DNA of 64,000 nucleotides from contig CAVTRY010000022.1 of the NCBI GenBank assembly GCA_963737265.1, positions 224,001-288,000 of the forward strand, given 5' to 3'. The position numbers and the translations under genes are program-made. A model generated the notes under the pieces. It made no database searches. It was not told where the DNA came from and was given only the letters and a program-made list of their open reading frames with translations. This document shows positions 21,214 to 29,707 of this stretch, in pieces. Source of the DNA: an uncultured delta proteobacterium (GTDB lineage Bacteria > Myxococcota_A > Polyangia > Fen-1088). Position 1 is the stretch's first letter, and every line of letters begins with the position of its first letter.

Positions 21214-21564
21214 TCAGAAACCGGCTTGGGCAATGGCGGCGACCAACGCCTGCTTGCTGCAGGACGAATCGAGCGGCTTGGCGACGAACCCGACCTCTAC
21301 GTCGTAGGCAGTCTCGCCCAAGATCACGGAGTTCATATATACCTCGGCGCCGCGAGCCGCTATCGCGGCCTTGGCCTTGGCTCGTCCGAGCAGGTCGTGC
21401 CCAGCATCCGTTCCAGCGGAGACATGGTCGAAATAATACCCGGGGACCATGCGCAGGATGACGCCGGTCCCACGGAAGGTCATGACTTCGCCGGACAGGT
21501 CGACCTTGTCTGCCGTGACCCATGAATCGACCAGGTCCTGTGGAATGAAAACTTTGACGGACAT
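21214..21564 (-). CDS. Hypothetical protein (~116 aa)
   Basis: Plausible globular composition; fills the gap between trxA and hemC; extended -10 TGcTAGCCT upstream. Confidence 0.65.
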   Translation of the reverse strand: MSVKVFIPQDLVDSWVTADKVDLSGEVMTFRGTGVILRMVPGYYFDHVSAGTDAGHDLLGRAKAKAAIAARGAEVYMNSVILGETAYDVEVGFVAKPLDSSCSKQALVAAIAQAGF

Positions 21565-21650
21565 CTCAGCCTGCGCGCTCGCGCCGGCAAGCAGGCTAGC
21601 ACTGCGGGACGGGCGGCACAAACTGAGTTGTTTCATGCTAGAACTCTGTC

Positions 21651-21983
21651 ATGGCAAGCCCCAATACCTTCGAGGTCACGGACGCCAACTTTCAATCCGA
21701 GGTCGCGACATCCACGCTTCCCGTCCTGGTGGATTTCTGGGCCACGTGGTGCGGTCCGTGCCGCACGATTGCGCCGCACGTCGATGCGCTGGCCCAGGAA
21801 TACGCGGGAAAAATCCGGGTGGGCAAGTGCGACATCGACGGCAACCCAGGCGTTCCCACGCAGTTTGAAGTCCGCAGCATTCCGACCTTGCTCTTGTTCA
21901 AGAACGGCCAGGTTTTGGGTCAGCTCGTCGGGGCCGTTCCCCGCACGCGCATCGAGGACATGATTAAGAAGGCGCTTACGTAG
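21651..21983 (+). CDS. trxA: Thioredoxin
   Basis: VDFWATWCGPC, SIPTLLLFKNG; 110 aa. Confidence 0.96.
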   Translation: MASPNTFEVTDANFQSEVATSTLPVLVDFWATWCGPCRTIAPHVDALAQEYAGKIRVGKCDIDGNPGVPTQFEVRSIPTLLLFKNGQVLGQLVGAVPRTRIEDMIKKALT

Positions 21984-22737
21984 CCGAAGCCTGCAAGGTA
22001 TTGGCGACGTACACGATCACGCACGTGATGTTGTCGTCGCCGCCGCGCTCGTTCGCGATTTCGACCAAGGCTTGCCCAGCTTCGCCGTAAAATTGCGCCG
22101 CCAGGATGCGGCCGATTTCTTCGACGGGAAAGTAGTTGGAAAGTCCGTCGGAGCAGATGAGGTAGCAGTCCCCGGCCTCGACCGGCATGGTGAAGAGATC
22201 GGGTACCATGGTCGGCTCGAAGCCGACCGAGCGGGTAATGATGTTGCGAAAGCGGGAGACCATGGCGTCGCCCGGCGAAAGTAGCCCCGCGCGCAGTTGT
22301 TCCTGAATCCAGGAATGATCCTCGGTGAGCTGGCGAGCCCGGCCGTCGCGCAAAAGATACGCGCGTGAATCGCCGACGTGGCACAGGGTGAGGCTTTGGC
22401 CGTGAAAACACAGGCCGGTCAGGGTCGTACCCATGCCGGCGTGATCCGGGCTCGTCAGGGCGCTTTCATAGATGGCCTGCGAGGCCAGCGAGGTTGCCTC
22501 GCCAAGGGCCTGCACCACGCTGCCTGGGTCGGCCGCGCCCACGGCGGGCGCGAGACGCGCCGCCATTTCTTTTTCAAAGACTTCGACAGCCATGCGGCTT
22601 GCCCGCTCGCCGCCCAGGTGGCCACCCATGCCGTCGGCCACGGCGTACAGCCCCAGTTGGTCGTTGCACAAGAAGTTGTCTTCGTTGTGATCGCGCTTGA
22701 GACCGATGTCGGTCGCGTACCAGCCGCGAGGCTTCAT
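21976..22737 (-). CDS. PP2C/Stp1-family Ser/Thr protein phosphatase
   Basis: TDIGLKRDHNED, VADGMGGH, MGTT, HVGDSRAY, LTEDHS, CSDGL, GGDDNIT. Confidence 0.92.
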   Translation of the reverse strand: MKPRGWYATDIGLKRDHNEDNFLCNDQLGLYAVADGMGGHLGGERASRMAVEVFEKEMAARLAPAVGAADPGSVVQALGEATSLASQAIYESALTSPDHAGMGTTLTGLCFHGQSLTLCHVGDSRAYLLRDGRARQLTEDHSWIQEQLRAGLLSPGDAMVSRFRNIITRSVGFEPTMVPDLFTMPVEAGDCYLICSDGLSNYFPVEEIGRILAAQFYGEAGQALVEIANERGGDDNITCVIVYVANTLQASAT

Positions 22738-22824
22738 GGCGTACACGCTAGCGCGACTCGCGATCCCACGCCAGCGCGACTCTCCTCGACCCCCAATTGT
22801 TTGGCAGACGTCGTCTTCTGACGA

Positions 22825-23601
22825 CTACCTGGAGGAAGACGGTAGCTGAAACTTGAACCCGTAGGAGATGGCGTAGTCAACCGGCTTGCCATCCACGCCC
22901 CTGGCCGGCCTAAACTTGGTCTGCCAAGCTGCCTTCACCGCTGCCTCATCCATTCCGTACCCAACTTTCTGCAGCAGACGAACGGATTTGATGTTTCCGT
23001 TGTGGTCGATGCCGATTCGCACCAGAACCTTGCCCTCGATTCCCATGCGTCTTGCGATCTCTGGATAGGCGGGTTCGGGCTTGAAATACGCCTCCGGCAG
23101 CTCCGCGACAGACTCGTCGTCGACGGGCGCAAATTCGGGAGGCGGCGCCGCGAGCAGCGGTGCGGGCGGTGCCTTGGCAAGCGTGCGATCCTTGGTCATC
23201 AAGGTGTTGCCCACCGTCACCGCGATTGGGCTGTCACCCGCCACCACCGAATCCTGGGTTACGCCAAAGACCGCTTTGGAGGGTTCTTCCGTCGGAGGAG
23301 CTGGCTTCGCCTCTTGATTGGGCATGGGTGGAGGCGATGGAACTGGCGTCCGCACGACCAGCTTGCGCACGATCGGGCGCGGCGGATCCGGCCGCGCCGG
23401 TGCCTCGGGCAAAGTACGAGGCTCTGGTATCTTGGGCGCCACCAGGTCGACTTCGACGGAGACCACGCGCTCGGCGTGCAAGCCCTGCCGCGGAACAAGA
23501 GCCAGACTCAAACCGACAAGCGCGTGCACGGTGACAGCCACGACAGCGCCCCACAGAGGCGCATTCGCGCGCTTGCCAACCGATGCGACGCCGTTTGCCA
23601 C
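22825..23601 (-). CDS. tonB: TonB-family energy transducer
   Basis: N-terminal TM with VH, Pro-rich spacer, C-terminal PAYPEIARRMGIEGKV...GYGMDEAA..A. Confidence 0.85.
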   Translation of the reverse strand: MANGVASVGKRANAPLWGAVVAVTVHALVGLSLALVPRQGLHAERVVSVEVDLVAPKIPEPRTLPEAPARPDPPRPIVRKLVVRTPVPSPPPMPNQEAKPAPPTEEPSKAVFGVTQDSVVAGDSPIAVTVGNTLMTKDRTLAKAPPAPLLAAPPPEFAPVDDESVAELPEAYFKPEPAYPEIARRMGIEGKVLVRIGIDHNGNIKSVRLLQKVGYGMDEAAVKAAWQTKFRPARGVDGKPVDYAISYGFKFQLPSSSR

Positions 23602-23631
23602 CGGAACGCTCCCAGGCTCCCGACGAGACGA

Positions 23632-24123
23632 CTACCTCGCGGGAGCCGCGCCCGGCTCCGGTGGAACAGCCGGCGCTACGGGAACGACGGTGGCCGAGCT
23701 GTCGACGTTGATGGCGAACTTGCGCACGCCCGCCCGTTTCACGAGATCGATGATGTGAACCACGCTGCCGTGCGGAACCACCTTGTCGGCGGCGATGATG
23801 GCCTGCAGATCGGGATTCTTGGGTAGGTCGGCCGCGATCTGCCTCACCACCTGGGCTTCGTCGGAACGATCGCCGTTGAGGTAGATCTGGCCATCCTTGG
23901 TCAGGGTCAGGGCCAGCGTGGTGCGGAGCTGGTCGCTGCCCGTGGCAGCCTTGGGCAGGTCGACCTTGATCGACGGGTTCACGATGTAGCTCGTCGTGAC
24001 CATGAAGATGATGAGCAGGACGAGCGTAATGTCGACGAGCGGGGTCACGTTGATCTCGGTGATCATGCGCCCCGAATCGTCGTCCTCGAATTGGCTTGCC
24101 GCACCTGCCATGGAACTAGACAC
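23632..24123 (-). CDS. exbD: ExbD/TolR biopolymer transport protein
   Basis: EINVTPLVDITLVLLIIFMVT, VDLPKA, ADKVVPHG. Alternative ATG at 24111. Confidence 0.88.
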   Translation of the reverse strand: MSSSMAGAASQFEDDDSGRMITEINVTPLVDITLVLLIIFMVTTSYIVNPSIKVDLPKAATGSDQLRTTLALTLTKDGQIYLNGDRSDEAQVVRQIAADLPKNPDLQAIIAADKVVPHGSVVHIIDLVKRAGVRKFAINVDSSATVVPVAPAVPPEPGAAPAR

Positions 24124-24772
24124 CTTTGGGCTGGCTTGAAGCCTTGGACTCCGCGTCGCGCGCGCCTGTCAGAATCAGGTGTGCCATCACGTCCACGCGC
24201 CCCATGGTCCGTCTGACCCTCCCCTGGAAGATGTTGAATGCGATGACGGCGGGAAGCGCGACCAGGAGGCCAACTGCGGTCGCGACCAGCGCCTCGGCGA
24301 TGCCGGCCATGACCACGGCGGCACCACCGCCCTGATTCTTCGCCAGATCGGCGAAGGCCTTGATGATGCCGAGAACCGTGCCGAAGAGTCCGATGAACGG
24401 AGCGTTGTTGCCAAGCGTGCCCAGGATTCCCAGGTGTCTTTCCAGCGCTAGGCGCTCGCGCGACCGGGCGCTGGCCATGGCCTCGACGGCGGCGGTCTTG
24501 CCACGCGCTAGCTCGGCGAGACCGACCAGGGCCACGCGTACCTCGGGCGAGCGGGGCGCGCCGAGAAGATCCCGCGCCGCCTTCTCGTTTCCCGCAGCCA
24601 GGGCCTCACCGAGCTTGCCGCCGACCGTGTCGAACTCCGCCAGCCGGCCCGACATGGCAAGCGCCCGTTCGACCATGACCGAAACGGAAAGAATAGACAG
24701 CATGACCAGAAGCCACAGGACCCATTCCGATCCTAGTAACGTGAACGCTAGAATGTGCTCGGTGATGTGCAT
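24116..24772 (-). CDS. exbB: ExbB/TolQ (MotA family) proton channel
   Basis: LGTLGNNAPFIGLFGTVLGII, GIAEALVATAVGLLVALPA. Confidence 0.88.
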   Translation of the reverse strand: MHITEHILAFTLLGSEWVLWLLVMLSILSVSVMVERALAMSGRLAEFDTVGGKLGEALAAGNEKAARDLLGAPRSPEVRVALVGLAELARGKTAAVEAMASARSRERLALERHLGILGTLGNNAPFIGLFGTVLGIIKAFADLAKNQGGGAAVVMAGIAEALVATAVGLLVALPAVIAFNIFQGRVRRTMGRVDVMAHLILTGARDAESKASSQPKGV

Positions 24773-24783
24773 GGTTTCCCCGG

Positions 24784-25818
24784 TCAGCGTGCCGGCTCCG
24801 CGTCGGAAACTAGCACAGGTTCGCCTTTTGTTCCCTGCTCGACGCCCAGCGCCTCGAGAACCACAGTGGCATAACTGCCGGCCGGCAGCGAAAAACGCAG
24901 GCGCAGATGTCGCAGTTCTTCGACCACGGCCGGCTCGTCGAGTGTGACCTTCACCACTACCGGCCGCCGCGTTCCTGGCAGCGAACGCCCGACTTGGCCG
25001 AGCTCTTCCGGGCCGATCTCGAGCTCTGCGAGCGCGCGATCCTCAAGCTCGCGCGGGGCGGTGCCAGACTCGGGCGTCATCACACGGCTTCCCGGCAAGG
25101 GTGCCGTGGGCACGACCTCTCCCGCGTCGACGCGAGCCTGATCCGTCCCGGGATCAGTGCAGACGAATTGGCCCCCCGAAGCGACCTTTTGCAAAATATC
25201 GCCGCTACGCACGGCCAGCAGACCACCCTCCTGCGCGCGCAGCTCAAGCACGCGATTGAAGACCGCCGACTGCACCGCCGACAGCAGAAGCTTGCGCCGG
25301 CGACCGTCGGGCTCGCGCCGCGTGCCGCGCAAGAGGGCCAGTCCAGTCTCGACGTTGTCGCCGGCGCTGCCAAAACGCTGGTGCCCGTAGCGATTGGGCA
25401 CACCCTTGGCGGAAAGCTGGCGAAGCGCAGCGTCGATCAACGAGGCCTCGCCGTCCGCCACTTCCGACAGTAGGACCTCGAAGCGGTTGCCGTGCAAATG
25501 GCCGATGCGGAGCTTGTTCTTGTGCCGGGTCGCCCGAAGAACGGTCACGCCAGCCACCGAGGTTGCCTCGGCCAACGCTGGATCGAGCCCAGGAAAGCTC
25601 AGCCACTGTCGCGTGGTTGCGCGGCGATCTTTCATGCCGGCGTAGCCCACGTCGCGAGCATCGACCCCTAACACGCGCCCCAGGCTGCGGACCGCATCGA
25701 GCGTGGTGAGGTTCCTTTTTTCGATCCACAGATAGGTGTGCGCGCCGTCGCCCGCCGGTTGGTAGGCTGGGATTTCCTCGACGAGGAAGGTTTCTGGACT
25801 GGAGACGAATCTTGGCAT
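24784..25818 (-). CDS. truD: tRNA pseudouridine(13) synthase
   Basis: FLVEEI, GYAGMKDRRATTRQW, GNRFEV, VPNRYGHQRFG, FSLPAGSYAT. Confidence 0.93.
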   Translation of the reverse strand: MPRFVSSPETFLVEEIPAYQPAGDGAHTYLWIEKRNLTTLDAVRSLGRVLGVDARDVGYAGMKDRRATTRQWLSFPGLDPALAEATSVAGVTVLRATRHKNKLRIGHLHGNRFEVLLSEVADGEASLIDAALRQLSAKGVPNRYGHQRFGSAGDNVETGLALLRGTRREPDGRRRKLLLSAVQSAVFNRVLELRAQEGGLLAVRSGDILQKVASGGQFVCTDPGTDQARVDAGEVVPTAPLPGSRVMTPESGTAPRELEDRALAELEIGPEELGQVGRSLPGTRRPVVVKVTLDEPAVVEELRHLRLRFSLPAGSYATVVLEALGVEQGTKGEPVLVSDAEPAR

Positions 25819-25983
25819 GGCGACCGGTCAGTTTCGCACGCCAGGCCGTCGCGAGGCGAGGGGGGAAAGAAAACCGGGTGCGTTGCACGTGCCCGGGTTT
25901 TCCCTCCATCTTTCGGCGGACACACCCATACCAGGCGCGTCTCGCGACCCGCTCTTGGCCGTAATCCCACGATAGGCGCAGAA

Positions 25984-26030
25984 GGTCGTGGTCGTGGTCG
26001 TGGTCGTGGTCTTGGCCGTGGCCGTGGCCG
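25984..26030. repeat. Hexanucleotide tandem repeat (GGTCGT/GGCCGT)n, about 8 units
   Basis: ggtcgtggtcgtggtcgtggtcgtggtcttggccgtggccgtggccg read directly in the truD-bamD intergenic region. Confidence 0.85.
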
Positions 26031-26047
26031 AAGTTATCTTCGTCGGG

Positions 26048-26096
26048 TGTGGTGCCATGACATCGTTGACAAAAGAGTGCCAAGACATCGCTGACA
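26048..26096. repeat. Two 20-bp direct repeats with 25-bp period; possible solo IS481-family end
   Basis: GTGCCATGACATCGTTGACA (26052-26071) and GTGCCAAGACATCGCTGACA (26077-26096), preceded by TGT. The repeat is directly seen; the IS assignment is from recalled resemblance. Confidence 0.5.
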
Positions 26097-26166
26097 CTTT
26101 TCAGCCGCGGCGCCTCCAGACAGAGACACGAGGGTCATAGAGACCGAGGCCTCTGTGTTTTTCTTC

Positions 26167-27006
26167 CTACCCGTTCGCCGGCTTGTCCACGGGATCGTCA
26201 CCGAAGCGGCGCTTGATGAAATCCAGGAACAGCTCGGCGCGCTTGATTTCGAGGCTGCTGCCGACTTCGCTCACCACGCGCAAGAAGGCCTGCTTCGCAC
26301 GCGCCGGGTTGCCCATTTCAAGATGCGTTTCTCCCAGCGTCAGCAGAAGCTCGCCTTCGCGTCCGGAGTCGGGATAGTGGTGCAAAGCGCCCTCGATGCG
26401 CAGGATGGCTGCCTTGGGGTGACCGCGCTCGAGGTAGAAGCGGGCGACGTAGACTTCGTGTTGGATGAGGCGGCTCAGCACCTCGTGGCGATAGTCCCTG
26501 GCCTGCTTCAGGTACGGCGAATTCGGGTACTTTTCGCGGAAGCTGTCGATCTCGCGAAGAGCGTCGCGCACGTACGATTGGTCCTTCTCATAGGCCGGCG
26601 GAAGAATCGCCCAATCGTCGGGCATTTCCTTGACGTAGCACTCGGCGATGCGAAACGAGACGTAGCCGTCCTCGGCCTTTTCGTGGGTCGGGTGCAGGCG
26701 CAGGAAGCTCTTGTAAGAATCGATGGCCTCCTGGTAGTTGCCGCGCGCGAATTCGGTATCGGCCAAGGCCAGCTCGGCCAGGCCCGCGTATTTCGAGAAC
26801 GGAAACTTCTGCTTTACGTAGGTGAAGTAGTGCGCGGCCTCGATGTAGTTCTCTTTCTTGAGCTCGGCCAGACCGCGCTCGTAGTTTTGTTTGGCGGTCA
26901 GCGAGTAGGTGACCTGTTTGCTGTCCTCGCTGGAAGCGCACGACGATGCGCCGGCGACAAGGGCGAGAATGGTGACGAACACAATCTTGTGGGCTGTTCC
27001 AAACAC
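26167..27006 (-). CDS. bamD: Outer membrane protein assembly factor BamD
   Basis: Lipoprotein signal (ASSC), TPR repeats, FPFSKYA, LHPTH, KDQS, HEVYVARFY. Confidence 0.9.
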   Translation of the reverse strand: MFGTAHKIVFVTILALVAGASSCASSEDSKQVTYSLTAKQNYERGLAELKKENYIEAAHYFTYVKQKFPFSKYAGLAELALADTEFARGNYQEAIDSYKSFLRLHPTHEKAEDGYVSFRIAECYVKEMPDDWAILPPAYEKDQSYVRDALREIDSFREKYPNSPYLKQARDYRHEVLSRLIQHEVYVARFYLERGHPKAAILRIEGALHHYPDSGREGELLLTLGETHLEMGNPARAKQAFLRVVSEVGSSLEIKRAELFLDFIKRRFGDDPVDKPANG

Positions 27007-27015
27007 GAGGCGTAG

Positions 27016-27022
27016 TATCCTA
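27016..27022. promoter_or_regulatory. Symmetric bidirectional -10 element (TATCCT on +, TAGGAT on -)
   Basis: TATCCTA lies in the 24-bp gap between two divergent start codons; no SD on either side. Confidence 0.45.
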
Positions 27023-27030
27023 CGGTTGCG

Positions 27031-27774
27031 ATGGCAACACGTCCATGGTCTCTCCCACTAATGCTCGCACTTCTTGTGCCGGCATGCGCAACCGAGAACG
27101 GCGGCGCAGCTAGGGCGTCGGCTGTGAGTCAGGCGCCCGTGGCGGTGCAGCCGGCCGATCAACAGCGGGGATCGCCGCCGGTTTTGGCTGGCCAGCGATG
27201 CCACGGTGATACCTGCACCTGTCGCACGCGCGGTGATGCCGCCGAGGCCCCGCCGCCACCGCCGGGACGGAAGCGCATCGAAATCCGTATCGCGTCGGTC
27301 GGCGGCACGGTCACGCTCGACTCGCCCACTCTCGGCCACTTCGAGCACGACAGCGCCGAAGAGGCCTGTTTCTACGTGGATCTGCCGGTTAGCAAGATCT
27401 ACGATTTTCACCTGGTGAGCCGGGAGTCCACTACCGCGGGGGGTGTCGCGCCCGAGGTTCATATCAGCGAATATGGCCCCGCCGGCTCGTTCTGGTACGA
27501 TATCGTCGATGTCGCTTGCGGCTTGGGCGAACGGCGTTGCGACCCGGAGCTGGCCCGCGCATGGGGCGACGGCTGGCTGGCCAAGCGCAAGCGCGGGCGG
27601 CTCGACGCCTGTGGCTCCATCGTGGTGACCGGTCTCAAATGGAGCACCTCGGGAGGCCAAGCCGCGATGAACGGCGGTCGGCTGAGGGACTTTTTCAGCG
27701 ACTTTTCGCTCGAAGTGAAAAAATTCGCCACCGAATTTCCACCCGGCGCGCCCCAATGCCAGATTGGGCACTAA
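27031..27774 (+). CDS. Hypothetical Cys-rich lipoprotein
   Basis: Signal peptide with lipobox VPAC; CxxxxCxC and further paired Cys residues. Confidence 0.7.
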   Translation: MATRPWSLPLMLALLVPACATENGGAARASAVSQAPVAVQPADQQRGSPPVLAGQRCHGDTCTCRTRGDAAEAPPPPPGRKRIEIRIASVGGTVTLDSPTLGHFEHDSAEEACFYVDLPVSKIYDFHLVSRESTTAGGVAPEVHISEYGPAGSFWYDIVDVACGLGERRCDPELARAWGDGWLAKRKRGRLDACGSIVVTGLKWSTSGGQAAMNGGRLRDFFSDFSLEVKKFATEFPPGAPQCQIGH

Positions 27775-27781
27775 GCGACCG

Positions 27782-29611
27782 ATGAAGTTGCATCTGATAG
27801 GTATCGCCGGGACCGGGATGGGATCCCTGGCGGGTCTTTTGCGGGCGGCTGGCCACGACGTGCGCGGATCGGACGAACATGTTTATCCGCCCATGTCCAC
27901 GCAGCTTGCCGAGCAGGGCATCGCGGTCATGGCGGGATTTTCGGCCGAGAATCTCGCCTGGCTTCCGGATCGCGTGGTGGTCGGCAACGTGTGCCGCCGC
28001 GACCACGTCGAAGTTCTGGCGGCCGAGGCGCTCGGAATTCCCCTGGTGTCCTTTCCTGCCTTGCTGTCCGAGCTTTTCTTGGCCACGCGCAATTCCATCG
28101 TCGTCACGGGAACCCACGGCAAGACGACGACGTCGTCGCTGATGTCCTTCATCCTGACCGAAGCCGGTCGCGATCCGTCTTTCCTGGTAGGTGGCGTGCC
28201 AGTGAACTTTCGCCGTTCGTGGCGCCTCGGCCAGGGCCAGGATTTCGTGGTCGAGGGTGACGAATACGACACTGCCTTTTTCGACAAGAAGTCCAAATTT
28301 CTGCACTACCGCCCCAAGCTCGCCATCTTGACCTCGGTGGAATTCGATCACGCCGACATCTTTGCCGACGAGGCCGCGGTGAAGCGCGCCTTTTGCGAAT
28401 TCGTCGAGCTCATCCCGCCCGGGGGCGACCTGGTGGTTTGCGCGGCATCGCCAGGCGCCATGGAGGTGGCAAAATCGGCGCGCTGTAAGGTCACGACCTA
28501 CGGACGTCCGGGCGCGGATGCCGAGTGGACCTTCGAGGTGAGCGGTCGAAAACTGGGCGGACGCTCCATTTTGCGGATCGCGCGCGAGGGCCAGGTGATG
28601 GTTACGCTCGACTCGGGCATGGCCGGGATATTCAACATGGAAAATCTCACCGCGGCCATCGCAGCGGCGCATTGCCTGGGCATCGACATGGCCAGGATAG
28701 GGCGCGCTTCCCGGCATTTTTTAGGCGTCAAGCGGCGGCAAGAGGTTTCCGGCATCGCCTATGGTGTCACCGTAGTCGACGATTTCGCCCACCACCCGAC
28801 CGCTATTCGCGAAACCCTCGGCGCACTCAAAGGCCGTCACGGCCCGGGTAAGCTCATCGCGGCCTTCGAACCGCGCTCAGCCACCAGCCGTCGCGCAGTG
28901 TTTCAGCACGATTTCGTCGCCGCCCTGGCGATTGCCGACGAAGTGGTGCTGGCGCCGCTCTACTCGCCCGAGAAAGTTCCAGCCGGCGAACGCCTGGACG
29001 TGGAGAAGCTGGCGGCCGATCTGCGCGGTCAAGAAATTCCCGCACGCGTGATTACCGGCGCTGACGCCACGGCGGAACATCTCGTCAAGCGGGCCGCGCC
29101 CGGAGATACCGTCGTCATTATGAGCTCAGGTGACTACGGCGGGCTGCACGATCGGTTGCTCGCGCGCCTCGGCGACCCAGTCAGACCGGCGCGGCCGAGC
29201 GACAAAATTCAGCTAGATCATCTGCTCGACCGCGCTGGCATCACGCACGCGTCGCTCGACGACGCGTGGACGGAGTTCCTCGTGATTCCGTCGCCGGAGA
29301 GCAGCGAAATAGCGGCCTGCGTTGCCGTCGAACATGTAGAGGACGACGCCCTCTTGCGCATGTTGGCCGTGACCCCCGAGCGACGAGGCGAGGGCCTCGG
29401 CTACTTGCTGGTCGAGGCCGCGATGAAGAAGGCGCGCATGGATGGCGCGCTTCACCTTTATCTTGTCACCGACGGAACACAGGGGTTTGTGGGAGACAAA
29501 CTAGGCTTTGATGTCATCGACCAGAGAATCGTGGCCCCGGCGATTGCGGCCACGGTGGAATACCAGATGGCCAGGTCGAAGACCGCGACCTGGATGCGCA
29601 AGGAGCTCTAG
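27782..29611 (+). CDS. mpl: Murein peptide ligase Mpl (MurC-like) fused to a C-terminal GNAT domain
   Basis: HLIGIAGTGMGSLA, YPPMS, GTHGKTTT, EGDEYDTAFFDK, FDHADIF, DDFAHHPTAI, FEPRS; the last ~145 aa carry LRMLAV.PERRGEGLG (GNAT motif A). Confidence 0.88.
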   Translation: MKLHLIGIAGTGMGSLAGLLRAAGHDVRGSDEHVYPPMSTQLAEQGIAVMAGFSAENLAWLPDRVVVGNVCRRDHVEVLAAEALGIPLVSFPALLSELFLATRNSIVVTGTHGKTTTSSLMSFILTEAGRDPSFLVGGVPVNFRRSWRLGQGQDFVVEGDEYDTAFFDKKSKFLHYRPKLAILTSVEFDHADIFADEAAVKRAFCEFVELIPPGGDLVVCAASPGAMEVAKSARCKVTTYGRPGADAEWTFEVSGRKLGGRSILRIAREGQVMVTLDSGMAGIFNMENLTAAIAAAHCLGIDMARIGRASRHFLGVKRRQEVSGIAYGVTVVDDFAHHPTAIRETLGALKGRHGPGKLIAAFEPRSATSRRAVFQHDFVAALAIADEVVLAPLYSPEKVPAGERLDVEKLAADLRGQEIPARVITGADATAEHLVKRAAPGDTVVIMSSGDYGGLHDRLLARLGDPVRPARPSDKIQLDHLLDRAGITHASLDDAWTEFLVIPSPESSEIAACVAVEHVEDDALLRMLAVTPERRGEGLGYLLVEAAMKKARMDGALHLYLVTDGTQGFVGDKLGFDVIDQRIVAPAIAATVEYQMARSKTATWMRKEL

Positions 29612-29707
29612 GCAAAAGAGAGCGTAGAGAAGCAGCGGGTCGGGTGGGCTGCGAGGTCCGAACCGGCGTTCCTTTAGACTTCTGTGCTCTCCTCTGCCTC
29701 TGTGCCC

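Noticed and set aside
25984-26096. Possible CRISPR array
   Set aside because: Contiguous hexamers and two 20-mers only 5 bp apart; no unique spacers and no cas genes.
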